This document shows positions 1 through 12,786 of a stretch of DNA of 64,000 bases, piece after piece. The position numbers and the translations under genes were made by a program. The stretch is from assembly GCA_013239625.1 (NCBI GenBank), contig MU054001.1, positions 6,745,078-6,809,077 on the forward strand, given 5' to 3'. The notes under the pieces were generated by a model. That model did not search any database. It saw only the letters and a list, made by a program, of their open reading frames with translations, and was not told the origin of the DNA. This DNA comes from Lama guanicoe (taxonomy: Eukaryota). Numbering within the stretch: the first letter of the stretch is position 1; each line of letters starts with the position of its first letter.

Positions 1-1750
1 ATGTATTTAGGTGCTTCTTTATTGGGTGCATATATATTTACAATTGTTACATAATTTTGTTGGAGCGATTCTTTTATCATTATATAATGTCCTTTGTCTC
101 TTGTTACAGTCTTTTTTTTTTTTAAGTCCATTTGTCTTAAGTATTGCTAGACAACACCCTCCCTCTAGCTTTCTTTTCACTTCCATTTCCATTCATCATT
201 CATTCCATGGAACACCTTCATCCGTCCCTTCACCAAAGTCTGTGTGTATCTTTAGGTAAGAACTATCTCTTGTAGGCAGCATTTGTATATGGGTCTTATT
301 TTCTTATCCATTCAACCCCTCTATGTCTACTGATTGGAACATTTATTCCACTTACATTTAGAGTAATTATTGATATGTATGTTCTTATTGCCATTTTATT
401 AATTGCCTTGGGGTTAGTTTTGTAATTTCTTTTTGTTCCTTTCTCTTCTTTTGTTCTCTTCCCTAGTGATTTGATGACTATCTTTAGTGTTATGTTTGTA
501 TTCTTTTCTCTTTTATGTGTTTGTATCTATTTTGGATTTTTGGTTTGTGGGTACCATGATATATTGGGGTGTGTGTGTATATATATATGTGTGTGTGTGT
601 GTGTATATATATATACATATATATATATATAAAATTACTATTATTTTAAGTTGATAATCTCTTTAGTCTGAACACTTTCTAACAATCCTGAATTTTGACT
701 GCCTCCATTCAAACTTTCAATGTTTCTGATATCATATTTTTCATCTAATTGTTTTGTCTATTCCCTAACTACTGGATGAGCAGCCTGTGAGGTTGCAGGC
801 CTGGTGCCAGTCCACTAATGGGCAGGGCTGAGTCTTGGGGCAGTTGGTTGAGGAGGGAGGGGCCAAGGGATTCTGGGGCTAGTGTCAACCCACTAGTGGG
901 CAGAACAAGGGTCAGGGTGGCTAGCTGTGTGACCTGGGGTTCAGGGCCAGTGCTAGCCCACTGGTGGGAGGGGCTCAGTATTCAGGTAACTGTCTGTGGG
1001 ACCCACTGGTAGGTGGGACTATGTCCCAAGGCATACTGGTGCTGGCCCACTGGTGAGCAGGGCTGGATCGTGGAGCTAGTCCTGGTCCACTGGCTAGTGG
1101 GTAAGCCCCTGGAGATAACAGCCTAGAGGAAGGAACCCAAAATGGCACTTGCCAGCACCAGTATGCTCATGGTTGATCAAGCTCCCCAAAATGGCTGCTG
1201 CCAGCATCTATGTCCCCAGGGTGAATCCCAGTTGCCTCCTGCCTCTCTGGGAGGCTCTCCAAGATCAGCAAGTGGATCTGAACCCGGCTTCTTTCAAATT
1301 ACTGCATCTGTGCTGGGACTCGGAGTGTGTGAGATTTTGTGTGTGCCTTTTAAGTGCAGGGTCTCTGTTTCCTACAGCCCTCCTGCTCTCCCACATGCCC
1401 CAACTGGCCTTCAAAGCCGGATGTTCTGGGAGTTTGTCTTCCCAGTGCAGGACCCCTGGGCAGGGGCAGCCCAGTGTAGGTACTGGACCCTTGGGAAGAA
1501 CCTCTGCAATTGTAATTATCCTCCAGTTTGTGGGTCGCCCACCTGGGGGTTGGGTCTTGATTACTATGTGTCTCTGCCCCTCCTACCTGTCTCACATTTC
1601 CTTCTTTATATTTTCAGTTGTGGAAATTCTTTTCTGCTGGTCTTCAAGTAGTTCTCTTAAATGTTGCTCTGTAAATAGTTGTAATTATGGTGTGCCCAAG
1701 GGAGGAGGTGAGCTCAGGGTCTTCCTACTCCCTCATCTTGGTGACACATC
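1..1750 (-). mobile_element. Degenerate LINE-1 fragment (ORF2-proximal/inter-ORF segment followed by GC-richer 5' UTR), with a (TG)n(TA)n microsatellite at ~568-630
   Basis: T-rich antisense L1-like text at 1-770; 775-1750 resembles an antisense L1 5' UTR ending ...cttcctactccctcatcttgg. Confidence 0.65.
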
Positions 1751-2013
1751 TTTCATATCCTTTTCTAAAAGATATTTTCCCCCATGTGCAAATTCTTTTA
1801 GTGCAATTTTTTGCTCTGTTCTTATTTTCTGATGAAAAGTGTCACATTGCCAATATTTGGAAGGAGTTTTAATTTCTCACTCTCTTTCCTGGATTAAAAA
1901 TATTTTCTCTATTATCTGTATCAATCTGACAGAAATCTGCCAAAAATCTTGCTTACAGAGTCTCACAGTTTAATTTTTTATAACAAAAGTAGTATAAACC
2001 AGAAAGTCTAGAA

Positions 2014-2270
2014 TAGAAGCTGCAACCTGGTGACCCGTAGGCCAAATCTGGCATGCAGGTTTGTTTTGGTAGGCCCCATATTACTGAAAAAATAATCAAT
2101 GAATTTCACATGAAAATTTGAATTTCCATGTTGCCTTGAAATAGCAGTCTGACAGCATGGGACTCACATTTCCGTCCAGCTACAATTAGCTGGACCTGAG
2201 AAGGGGCTTCTTCATTTAGTTGACATATGAGTCCTCCAGAACACCACAGTCCTCATCAATCCAAATTGTA
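2014..2270. mobile_element. hAT-Charlie-type MER DNA transposon remnant
   Basis: 'ggccaaatctggc...tttgttttgg' motif typical of MER58/MER102-like elements. Confidence 0.4.
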
Positions 2271-2607
2271 GGACCCTCAATTTACCCCATTTGTGCCTCT
2301 ATGCAGGTAACTAAATTTCCAAGTCCTGATCTGGAATATCAAATACCTTCTTGGTCTAAATGATTTTCTTTGAAATGTCAGAAAGAGAAAATAACTAGAC
2401 ACATGAAGCAAAATAAACCTCCTACAAACCCTATAAAACCAGCGTAAAATCACCAGTTTATACATTTTTAGAATAGAGTAATAAAGAAGTTAACAATTTA
2501 TTATAAATATACGAACTTTGAAATAATACTGTTGAAGCTGCCGACCAAAATTTTGGGTTCTTGATACTCAAGGCAAGAAGCAAAGTCACCTGCCAACCAG
2601 TACCCAC

Positions 2608-2970
2608 CTTTGCAGTTGCCAGGGGATTCTATGCAGCCCTAGTGACTTTAAATTACATGCTGAATGCTTTTCTAAATTTGAAATGTAATCATGACTGGAA
2701 AACATCAGTTCTCAAATGATGAATCATGATCAGTGGTGTTGACAGAGGGAAAGAGATGAATGCATTTTCTGCATCCTTTACCATGGTGACAGCAGTTAGA
2801 GACTTCCCCGCTGACAGAGCCTGCTGGGGGCAGAGCAGCACAGACACGACAGAGGCACATGCTGTTTTCCCAACTTCTCAGAATATATTAGGCACTGACT
2901 GCTTAATGTCTATGCCACAAATAAAACTATATATATGTTCACCTTTTTCCCAAAAGCTTAATTTATAATA
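2608..2970 (-). pseudogene. Decayed exon, 363 nt, phase 0-0
   Basis: Acceptor gttttctttttctgtatag, donor AAG|gtgggt; exactly 121 codons, YYKLSFWEKGEHIYSFICGIDIKQSVPNIF*EVGKTACASVVSVLLCPQQALSAGKSLTAVTMVKDAENAFISFPL..., with 4 in-frame stops. Confidence 0.7.
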
Positions 2971-3479
2971 CTATACAGAAAAAGAAAACAAAACTGATTG
3001 ATATTTTCATTCTAACAGAATATATATACTGCTTTTCTATGTTTTTTATAATAAAATTCTTTTTGTCTTAAGCATTTCTAAATTATCTGCCACGTCTTAG
3101 AGCCCTGAATCAAGAGTTATATACACTATGTATTAGACTCATGATCTTCTAGATCTCTTTGTCTAAAGTCAGCAGGAGTTAGTACAGCTGCATCTGGAAA
3201 GTTGGGTTGAAGGCAGGAAACTACAAAGGCCAGTTGTCCCAAAGGTAGAGAGGACCAATGTGAGCTGGGGAGACAGAAGTGGATGCGCTGCCTCCACCCC
3301 AAATTGTTTGCCTCCAGGGACCAAAGACTTGACCCAGGCCACTTTCTGCGCTTGGCAGCTCAGCCTTCTGCCTGGGCCTTGTCAGCTGTTCCCCTTAGGG
3401 CTTCTCTCCTCAGGAGCAGACAAAGAACAGATTCTACTGCTCTCTGGTTCAGGTTTGCTGGATATCCTGACCCTTTCAA

Positions 3480-3680
3480 CCCTATCAAGTGGGACAGAAA
3501 GAGGAAGACCCAACTTCAGCAAATAGAGTCCTCTGGAAAATGAAGTGCAGACCAGCGGGAGCATTTCTAATGGATTTTTCTTTACATGATGTAACAGGAA
3601 GAGGCTGATATGCTGGGAACAGACAGGACCAGATGTAGGTGGAGGCGAGGGCCAACTGAGTATCATCCCAGATTAGAAAC
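3480..3680 (-). pseudogene. Decayed exon (3' boundary uncertain)
   Basis: Acceptor ...catttagtttag|G; phase-2 start reading (R)FLIWDDTQLALASTYIWSCLFPAYQPLPVTSCKEKSIRNAPAGLHFIFQRTLF. Confidence 0.6.
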
Positions 3681-4341
3681 CTAAACTAAATGCTAAGAGA
3701 TTTTACAGTAACAGAATAATGGCCCCTTTTACCTCTTTGATCCCTGCCCCATCTTCATTTATCCCAGACTAAAACAAAAGACACCTTGATTGAGGGCTGA
3801 TAGACTGGGTGGTGAGAAAAGACAGGTGGAAGGAAAGCAATGGAAGTTTAGACACAGGTGGATACTGGGTAAAGGGGGACTAATGCTGTCTGGTGGACAA
3901 TGCAGAAGGAAACACATTAAAACCTGACAGCCTGAGAGCAAAGAGCCATGTGTCCCCCTGCGTGGTGGAGGCTGCAAAATCCCAGAGGAAATGACTGCAT
4001 AGGAGCGTAGGCAGATGTGGCTTCAGAGAGACTCAGTTACTTCCCAAGCCCAAGCACAGCAATGGAAGCAGCAGCAGAGTGGCCCTGATGGCCTTCACAA
4101 CAGTGTGGATCCACCGACACGACCTGAAGGGACCAGGCAGATGGGGGGCAGGATGGCTTCAGGGACACTTGGTAGGCCACAGAGGACACACTCCAACTTT
4201 CTGGTATGACAAAAGCCCCTGGAGCTTGGACACAGCCACAGGAAAGGGAGGAGCTCCATGTTTCTATAACCGCACTCAAATAGGGGTCCTAGATGGAAAC
4301 TGAGTTATAGAAAAATAGAAAAAGCTCTATTCCTTGCTTAC

Positions 4342-4409
4342 CTCAACTGTGTGCCCACTAAAATGTGTAAATTTGTCTGGTTTTAGCCAAGGACAACAGC
4401 ACTGTGAAC
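4342..4409 (-). pseudogene. Decayed 68-nt exon
   Basis: Acceptor atttcag|G and strong donor GAG|gtaagc; restoring one deleted T gives (R)FTVLLSLAKTRQIYTFLVGTQL(R), phase 2-2, which joins both neighbours in frame. Confidence 0.65.
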
Positions 4410-4899
4410 CTGAAATCATGAAACATTCTCAGCCACACACAGCCACGGTCAGTGTGTCTACACTGAATAATGAATGGCTCTGTATTGCTTATTGGGAATG
4501 AGTGGTTTATTCTATGATCAAAATTTTAAACCTTTTAATATGCCTCCCAAGGGGTCATCTGATTTGGAAAATTAAAAAGGAAAACTGTAAACCAACCTGT
4601 TTCTAGGTACAATTTTTTATTAAAATTTCGTAAGAAAGGAAACCTGCACTCTATGCCATTTTTGTGTACAAAATGGAGATATATATGTTTGCATGTGCAT
4701 AGAAAGTGCCTGAGATGGTGCATAAGAAACTGCTCTTAACAGAAATTACCTTCTGGGGAAAAAGCCAGAGGGTCTGGAATGAAGGAGAAATAATTCTTTA
4801 TTCACGAATGCATCACTTTAATTTCAAAAGCCACGACAGCAATTAGCCAAAAACAAAACACAAAAACACAAAACCCTAAATCATTAGTAAGTCAAAATT

Positions 4900-5120
4900 A
4901 TTACAGTAGTAGACAGAAGCAGCAAATGAGCAAAGAGAGTGGGACCCCAGAACTGGGGGCATGCAGCTCCCACAGTTTCTGGTCCTAGGTTCCTGTGGTT
5001 GGTCCTAGTATTGGATCAAGGTTTGGGTCAAACTTTGTAAATCCTTATAATAAAACCTTCTTTGCTTGAGTAAGCTCAAGAAGATCTGTTTCTTGCCACC
5101 CAAAGAGCCCTACTGAAATT
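4900..5120 (+). mobile_element. Old ERVL/MaLR-type LTR 3' portion
   Basis: AATAAA near 5049 followed by ...tctgtttcttgccacccaaagagccctactgaaat, a typical LTR16/LTR33/MLT-like end. Confidence 0.5.
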
Positions 5121-5280
5121 GCCAATCTCTTGGGAAGAAAGGCTGATTTGCAAACAAAATATCTAGACCAGACAGTCTCAGCTCACCTACTCTCCCCATG
5201 AGCAATGGGAAGGAGTATGATTCACAATTTTTACATTGTGTTTTTCACTCTTTCTGGCAACTCCATTGCCTTTTGTCTAC

Positions 5281-5447
5281 CTTCTCTTGGCCGTGGTTCT
5301 GATAGACTGGCTGAATTCTGTATCATATAGCTAAAAGGCTCTATTCTGGCAGCTCTTTATAGTTACTAATCTGATGATGCATTTTATTTATTCATGTATT
5401 TCAGTTGAAGGTGGATTTTGTGATCTTGGTGATCCACTTAAATCCTT
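5281..5447 (-). pseudogene. Decayed 167-nt exon, phase 0-2
   Basis: Acceptor ccttttaatttcag, donor AAG|gtagac; KDLSGSPRSQNPPSTEIHE*IKCIIRLVTIKSCQNRAF*LYDTEFSQSIRTTAKR(R). Confidence 0.6.
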
Positions 5448-5814
5448 CTGAAATTAAAAGGTACAATGTGTATAATAACTGAACGGAAGAGACTTGCCGA
5501 AATATCAAATGTTTCTTTTCAATGGGACTGTCAGAAGAAGCTGCTTTTCTGAAAAAACAAAAACAAGAACAAACAAAAAAACCCCAACTAACCAACCAAG
5601 CCCTCTAAATATATTCCAGTCTCAGGGTCTTTGTACCTGTTGTTCCCTCTGCTTTGAAGTTTCTTCTCCCAAAGAGCAGGATGGCCAGTTCCCTCACCCT
5701 CTGTCTGGTCTCTGCTCAACTGTCTTCTTTATAATGAGGTCTTCCCCAGCCATCTTATTTCAAATAGCTTCTTCCGCCCTCAGTCCCAAGCTGCAAGCAC
5801 ACTGCTCTTAGACC

Positions 5815-6030
5815 AAATTTTATTGAAGTACAGTTACAATGTGTCAATCTCTGGTATACAGCACTATGTCCCAGTCACACATATAAATACATATATTCAC
5901 TTTCATATTTTTTCATTAAAGGTTATTACAAGATACTGAATATAGTTCCCTGTGCTATACAGAATAAACTTGGTTTTTTGTTTTTTAAATCTGTTTTTAT
6001 ATATAGTGGCTAATATTTGCAAATCTCAGA
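5815..6030 (-). mobile_element. LINE-1 3' end fragment
   Basis: ttttattgaagtacagttacaatg...atagttccctgtgctatacag, the antisense 3' end of artiodactyl L1. Confidence 0.75.
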
Positions 6031-7475
6031 CTCTGAGACACATTTCTTATTTAGCCTTCTGAGATAAAGGTGGTTGATACTCTTTACAGCATAGCTGATG
6101 TTGTAAAGATTAAGATAATATATTAAAAAAATTATAAATATGTCTGCTCAGAGTGACCTGTTTTTTTTAAATATCCCACATATTTCCTGGGGTAACAAAT
6201 GGTTCAAAAGATTTAAGAATATTTAGGAAGAAACTTGTCTGCTGTGCAGGGTTGGGTTCTTTCAGTAGGAGAATCTGAATAACAATTGCTGGGGATGGAA
6301 AGAAAGTTAGGGAAAGGTTCCCATCACATTTCCCTTTTCAGGTGTTGTAGGGAAGGTGGGAAATGAAAGAGATCCAGAAGGATTTATTTAACTTTATTTT
6401 CTTTCAAAGGTAATATAAGTCTGGTAATATCAAGTAATATCACCAAGTTGGATTCGACAAATTAGGTTAGAAGCTACTTTATCTGCTGGCTTAGGAGCCA
6501 ATAGGTGCTAAACATGAGTAGATGGAAATGAGAAAGTGGAGTTCAGGGTGAAATAAGAGACAGGTTTGTGATGAGAGCAACTGAAAGGATAAGGTCATTG
6601 TAGTTAAAAGCAGAAGTCCTGGGGTAGCAGGGCAGTGGGAATCTGAGTGTATTCAGGGCCACTTTTGTGCTAACAAACTTCTTAAAACAGAACACGAAAG
6701 TTCCCAGTTAAGAGAAATCAAGCTTACTACAAAATAAATTCTCACATGCACAACTTAGAATTGATAGGGAACATATTAATAATATAAGTTCAGTAAGAAT
6801 CTAAAGAAATTTTAATCGAATTACATGGACAGAAAAAGCAAAAGAGCAGATGTTCTGAGCACAACCCTAGTGTCATTTGCCATGTGTATGTATTTTAACA
6901 CAAAAAACTTTTGTGTTTTATAAACAAAAGTATTTTAGAATAAACTCATATAGAAAATGTTTTATACATTCAGAAAAATGTATTCATTCAGTGAACATAG
7001 GGCCTCCTCTATGCCAGGTACTTTGCTAGGAAATAAGAGAAATAAAAACAAAAGCCACAAACCCTACTCATTAAAAGCCTAAAGTCTGCTGGGTTCGACA
7101 TTCAAGCTGCACGTAATCCAGTGCTGTAACTGCTAAGCATGCACATACACAAGTCAAGAAATTGGATGGGGCCTGCTACTTTGCATCACCTTTTATTCAG
7201 GGAGTTTTATGTTTTTACTTTCCACCTGTGAATAGTGTTTCAGTGCAACATACTATGTTCGCAGACATAACTCAACACCAACTGTATGACCATTTCCCCA
7301 TGTTGCTTCTCCTCCCTCACTTTTTCTTTCACACCTCACAGCAAAGCCTTAAAAGCCATTACTTTCTGTGTTGTCTTCAAAACTGATCCAGAATTCAGCC
7401 ACTGCTAAACTTCTGGCACCAATAACACCTTGGACATCTTTTGCCTGGATTGTTGCAATAACCTCCTAACTTCTG

Positions 7476-7891
7476 TGTTGGGCTAACTGACGTCCTTCAA
7501 AGTCCAAGGACCCCCAATCCGGGGCTCTCAGATGTCTGACATTCTTTGCTGGGCATGTTTCCCCTAACAAACTCATAGCCCCAGGTTATGCTCACATTAT
7601 CAGAGTCAGACCCCACCGCCCTTCCCAGACCCTAAACCTCTCACCTCACCTACAACCAATAAGACTTGTACACAAGCTGATTGGGCACCTTGTGACCCAA
7701 CCTTATCAAACACCCCAACAACCAGCCCTTGGTGTTCATACAGACATCTCTCATCTGTGTGGCCCGCTGTTGTCTGTGACAGCATACCCTAAAAACCCCC
7801 TTCTATTCCCATACTTTATCTCTGCTAAATCCTTTTACCAACCCACGTGTCACCATGCCACCAACCAGCAGCCCTGTTGTGCCCCACAACA
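7476..7891 (+). mobile_element. Solo LTR inserted in an L2-like fragment
   Basis: TGTTG...CAACA inverted termini; perfect 5-bp TSD TTCTG (7471-7475 and 7892-7896); CCAAT near 7657; strand less certain. Confidence 0.75.
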
Positions 7892-7959
7892 TTCTGCCCT
7901 TACTGTTCTGTGATCTATTCTCAATGTAGCAGAGTACCCTTTGAAAATGACCATCCCTC

Positions 7960-8648
7960 TATAAACAATAAATGCTGGAGGAAGGTATGGAGAAAAGGGA
8001 ACCTTCCTTCACTGTTGGTAGGAATGTAAACTGGTACAGCCACTATGGAAAATGGTATGGAGCGTCCTTAAAAACTAAAAATAGAGTTACCATATGATTC
8101 AGCAATCCCACTCCTGGGCATATATCCAGATAGAACTATAATTTGAAAAGATAATGCACCCTGATGTTCATGGCAGCACTGTACACAATAGCCAAGACAC
8201 GGAAGCAGCCTAAACGACCTCCGACAGATGAATGTATAAAGAAGTTGTGGTGTATATACATACAATGTACTACTACTCAGCCATTAAAAAGAATGAAATA
8301 ATACCATCTGCAGCAACATGGATGGACATAGAGATCACCATACTGAGTAAATCAGACAAAGAAAGACAAATACCATATGATGTCACTTACATGTGGAATC
8401 TAAAATATGATTCAAATTAACTTATTTACAAAACAGAAACAGACTCACAGATAGAAAACAAACTTACAGTTACTAAGGGGAAAGGTGGGGGAGGGGTAAA
8501 TTAGGAGTTTGGGATTAGCAGATACAAACTACTATGTATGAAATAGATAAACAACAAGGACCTACTGCATAGCACAGGGAACTACAGGCAATATCTTGTA
8601 ATATAACCTATAACGGAAAAGAAAATTAAAAAAAAAAAAAGAAAGAAA
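7960..8648 (+). mobile_element. 5'-truncated LINE-1 (ORF2 C-terminus, 3' UTR, poly(A))
   Basis: aaatgctggaggaaggtatggagaaaagggaacc... L1 3' consensus; A-tail at ~8628-8648. Confidence 0.9.
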
Positions 8649-8928
8649 ACGTCTATCCCATCACATTGCTTCCCTGCTCAAAATCCTTCAATGTCTTCCC
8701 ATCTCAGCCTGGGTAAAGGTCAAAGTCTAAACAACGAACATAAGGCTCTGTGTGTCCTGTCTTACTTTACCTTCCTGACCTTGTCACATTCCTTGGCACA
8801 CTCCTGTCCCAGGATCTGTACACCTGCTGGTCCTCCTCCTTGAACTGGAATGCTCCTTCCCCAGATCGCTGGTAGATCCTTCCCTCATTTTTTTCAGGGC
8901 TTGAATGTCACCATCTGTCTTCTCTGAC

Positions 8929-9523
8929 TGAAGGAGGATTAATAAAATGGCCACACTTAGGCTAATAGATCGCTTATTCTTATTCTTGCCCTTGGAACAG
9001 TCAACAAACCTGACCGACAGGTTGCTACCCACAGCTCCAGGCCCATTGTTCAAACTAAAGCTATTGATCTTACTGCTTCTACTTTATTCCAGTAATTGAA
9101 AGTAATAATCATGCTTGCTCTCTGAGTCCTTTTCCAGGGAGAAGGTCACAGGACTTTAACCTTACAAAATAGCCTGAATTATCGAGAAGACCACACCTTG
9201 GGTGCTTACAAGATAAAGAGATGGAAAGAGCGAAAAACACTAGCCTCTACAGAATTAGTCTCCTGGAGCCATCATGACACCATTCTAAGTTTTCTGATGA
9301 GAAAATGATTCTGTTGATTGTTATTGAAGCTTTATTGTTTGGGCTATGGCTATATAACTACCCCACCCCATCCCCAAGGTGGGTTCCAGTTTTGAAGGCA
9401 CTAGCCTTTGTGAGTCCCCTTTTCCTGGCAAAGTAATAAAGCTGCCTCTTTTCTTCCAAGCTCCAAGACCCAGTCTCTGGGTTATTTGGCTCATCAGGGA
9501 TGGGGCCCTATCTTTCGGCAGCA
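8929..9523 (+). mobile_element. ERV1-type solo LTR
   Basis: TGAAGG...GGCAGCA termini, perfect 4-bp TSD TGAC, TATATAA near 9351, AATAAA near 9435. Confidence 0.85.
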
Positions 9524-9843
9524 TGACTACCATATCTAAAATTTCAATACTAAATCCCACCGCAACACTCCCTATTCTCTTTTCCTGCTTTTTCTTTTCA
9601 TTAGCATTGATCACTATCACATTTAATATATATTTTACTTACTTATTTTCCAACTAGAATGTAAATTCCACAAGGGCAGGGACTGAATCTGGGAATTGTT
9701 CACTGACTTTTTCCCCCAAGTGCCTAGAACAGTGCTTGTATAAATATTTCACTTATATATTTGGGGAATGAACAAATGGATGAATATATGAATTTATACA
9801 ATGAATTCATTTATTCATTTTATAGATATTTGACTGCTTTCTT

Positions 9844-10328
9844 TGAAACAGATTCTCTCATTGACCAAACTCTACTCAGAGACCCCTGAACTCTTTTTCA
9901 ACTAGGCCTGACTTTTGGACTTCAGTATTCATTTCTGCATTATCTAATTTAAGTAAGAATCCTGATAAATGAGTTTAACCAGAATCTCCCATCCTCCATA
10001 TCTTATCACCTATATCTAATCAGATTCCTTATCCTCTACCATCCCACAGATGATGGCTGATCACCCTGGCCTGCCTCCAGCAAAATCCTCTTAGGTCAGT
10101 TTAGTCAGAATATTCCTCTACACCTGATGCTGTTTCTTAGTAATTTTCTATCCACTGACCCCCACCCTGCTCCTTGGCTATAAATTCCCACTTGGCCATG
10201 CTAAATTAGGAGTTGAGCCCAATCTTTCTCCCTCATTGCAAAATTTCACCACAGTGGTCCTATACCTATACCTCCCCACGCCATCCTCTCCCCCCATAAA
10301 GTCTTCCTTACTGTGCTATAACGTGTCA
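9844..10328 (+). mobile_element. MER31/MER67-like ERV1 solo LTR
   Basis: tgaaacagattctctcattgaccaaactct...actaggcctgac; TATAAA near 10179; ends ...cataaagtcttccttactgtg...gtca. Confidence 0.6.
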
Positions 10329-10541
10329 TCTTCATACTTTAATGCTATATACAAAGTACTTCTTAAAGTAGAAGAAATGAAAACAGGCAAGACAGATATA
10401 GTTCCTGCTCCCATGAAACTTACAGAAAAGTGGGATGTAATCTTTAAACAATTTTATCCTCAGAAAACTTAAGGGCATAACAGGACATAAGGACCGTGGT
10501 CCTTGGTCTGTGCACAGATCTACAGATGGCATTTTCTTTAC

Positions 10542-10972
10542 CCTTATGGAGCATCCTGGATCTAACAATTACAGTATTGTTTTATCTCCTATCTCCAAAA
10601 GGCAATAGGATCCTTCATATTTGTGATAAACCACATTCACTTCTCAATGTCTGTCCAATTCTGGAATCCAATTGCTGGAAAACACAGGCAGTGTTGAAGC
10701 TGTCTTGCTGGTGAATGGTCTTTGAAGAAGGAGGCCATGCCCATTCTATAGTACCTGGCAAGAGTGAGTATTCAGTAATGCTAGTTGTTGTTGTTACTGA
10801 TGACCACTTCAGCAAAGGTGAACAGCCACACTTTGTGGCCTTTCCCAGAGCAACTTTTACAGAGGAGTGGTCACAACTCCCAAACTTTACAAGGTTTAGA
10901 ATTTCATTAATCCTGCTAAGAAAACAGGTAAAAGAAGTCTTGCAAGAAATTCTTTCAGGAGTTGAGGTGTGA
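10542..10972 (-). pseudogene. 3' half of the large decayed exon, split by the provirus
   Basis: Ends ...VYHKYEGSYCLLEIGDKTIL*LLDPGCSIR with donor AGG|gtaaag (phase 0, matching a phase-0 acceptor at 7225, VESKNIKLPE). Confidence 0.55.
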
Positions 10973-11539
10973 TGAGGCGGGAAGCCCCATAAAAAAACCA
11001 GCAGGGCTCCCAAGCAGGGCCACTTCTCTTATGCCAGCACCATCAGGTTCCCTGGCCCAGAGGCTCTATCTCACTTTTTGCCTCTGAAACAGCTTACTTA
11101 ACCCTAAAATTCTATTGGTTCCCTGAGCTCATTTCTGATTGGTTATTTCCTTCACTCCTGATTGTTTATTACTCTCACTTCTGATTGGTCCACTTCCCTA
11201 ACTTCTGATTGGTCCATTTGTAGTACTTCATTTGCATGGAGCTCACTCTTGATTGGTTATTTCTACAAAGCTTGTTCCTGGTTGGTCAACTTCTGTTATA
11301 CTTTATTTGCATATGATGTTGGACAGTGTAAAGCAGGCAGCCTATAAAGGCCTGTGTAAACCTACAGATGGGGTCCAGAGCTTGGAGTGTTAACTCTTTT
11401 GGGCCCACTGGCATAATATAACCTGAGTTCTCCAACTCTCCGAGTGCTGCTTGGTCTGTCGCCTGGATCCAGGTTGCTGTCAAAACTGAGCTGTAGCACC
11501 GAGTTGTAACACTGAGCTATAACACATTTTTCTGCAACA
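10973..11539 (+). mobile_element. 5' LTR of provirus
   Basis: TGAGGCGG...GCAACA; repeated ATTGG boxes, octamers ATTTGCAT at 11230 and 11305, TATAAA at 11343, AATATA at 11415, three ~13-bp ACTGAGCTGTAAC-like repeats in U5. Confidence 0.95.
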
Positions 11540-11543
11540 TTTC

Positions 11544-11561
11544 TGGAGGCCCCAGTGAGAT
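11544..11561 (+). promoter_or_regulatory. Primer-binding site complementary to tRNA-Thr(UGU)
   Basis: TGGAGGCCCCAGTGAGAT versus the tRNA-Thr(TGT) 3'-end complement TGGAGGCCCCAGCGAGAT: one CpG-type mismatch, 4 nt after the LTR. Confidence 0.85.
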
Positions 11562-11949
11562 TCCGAACACACTGGCCCCTTGAGCCGCCGGGACAGCGGA
11601 GCAACCGCCTTGAGGTCAGGAGCTCCGAAAGCGAACGAGGAGGCGCACCACCCGACAGTATTCCAGGTCCTTCTTCGTGGAGGTGATTCAGTCCTCCGGG
11701 TGGCTGTGCCCCAACTGGACTCAGTGAAGGGATGGAGCAACTCACCAAGCAACATGGTAGAACAAGGTAGGAGCCCCGGGAAGTGTCCATATTTAGGTTA
11801 GGGTAATCAGGTCCTGTCCAAGTGGACAGAAGAGGAGATTGATCGCCTCCTCCAGGCTCCTCGCCTGACAGTAGTCCGGCTGGGGAGATCTGGTTAGATT
11901 AGGTTAGATTAGGGATGACCTGGTGATAGGGAGGGGAATATGCAAATAA

Positions 11950-11986
<37 letters not shown>

Positions 11987-12786
11987 GTCCGTCCTGAAAA
12001 GCATGCGATCAAGGTTCGAGTTTGTAGCTCCACGGCATTCTGCTAAGGAGTTCGAGTGAGTCCCCACCTGCGGTTCCGTGGTGACCTCATACAGCTCATA
12101 GTGGTATCGGCCTCTCAGGGTATCAATCGGAGTCAGCGGTTTATACTGACCCGCCAAAGCTAAGAGGCACCTTCGTCCCCACAAGGGGAGTGGCCAGGCG
12201 GATGCAGTGAAAACCCTCCCTTTGTCTCATTTGCGACACCGGCACAGGGTGGCTACACAGGGAGGGAAAGGGACATAGAACAGCCTATGAGTAAATGACC
12301 TCTGTGCCTTTAGGGACTAAGATGAGACTACATTAAAGAGTTTGACACAACCTTGACATCAGTTCCCCGGAATATCCCGTCGCGATTAATCAGCCTCAAA
12401 ATTAAGACCACAAGGCCTGAGCCAGAGGGAGCCACCCCAGGACTGGCCGGATACCTCTTTTGAGGTCCCCTTTTGGTCCATTTATCTTGCCACCGGCCGA
12501 CCATCCCAGCCTCACATTTTGTCAAATCAGGCTATAAAGACTTTATACAGGAACCTCTAGAGCTCATCCAGGCCTGAGGGAATCTCAGGGTTACCTGCCT
12601 AATGTGGAAAGCCCAACTCTTTCGCAGCACTTGCAGCCAAGCAGATAGATGTTAGGCCCAGTGAAGCAGCCAGCTTTTTGAGAACTCCACCGTTTTGAGG
12701 AGTGGGACAAAGATACTGGGGTCACAGTGCCCAGTGCCAGAAGCAAATCCACACCTATAGGCCATAAAATCTGTCAACTAATAGTA

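Noticed and set aside
1142..1832. 169- and 227-aa plus-strand ORFs
   Set aside because: They lie in an antisense L1 5' UTR and have no recognisable protein features
11485..11525. Short regularly spaced repeats in the LTRs as a CRISPR-like array
   Set aside because: Eukaryotic retroviral U3/U5 tandem repeats with no unique spacers
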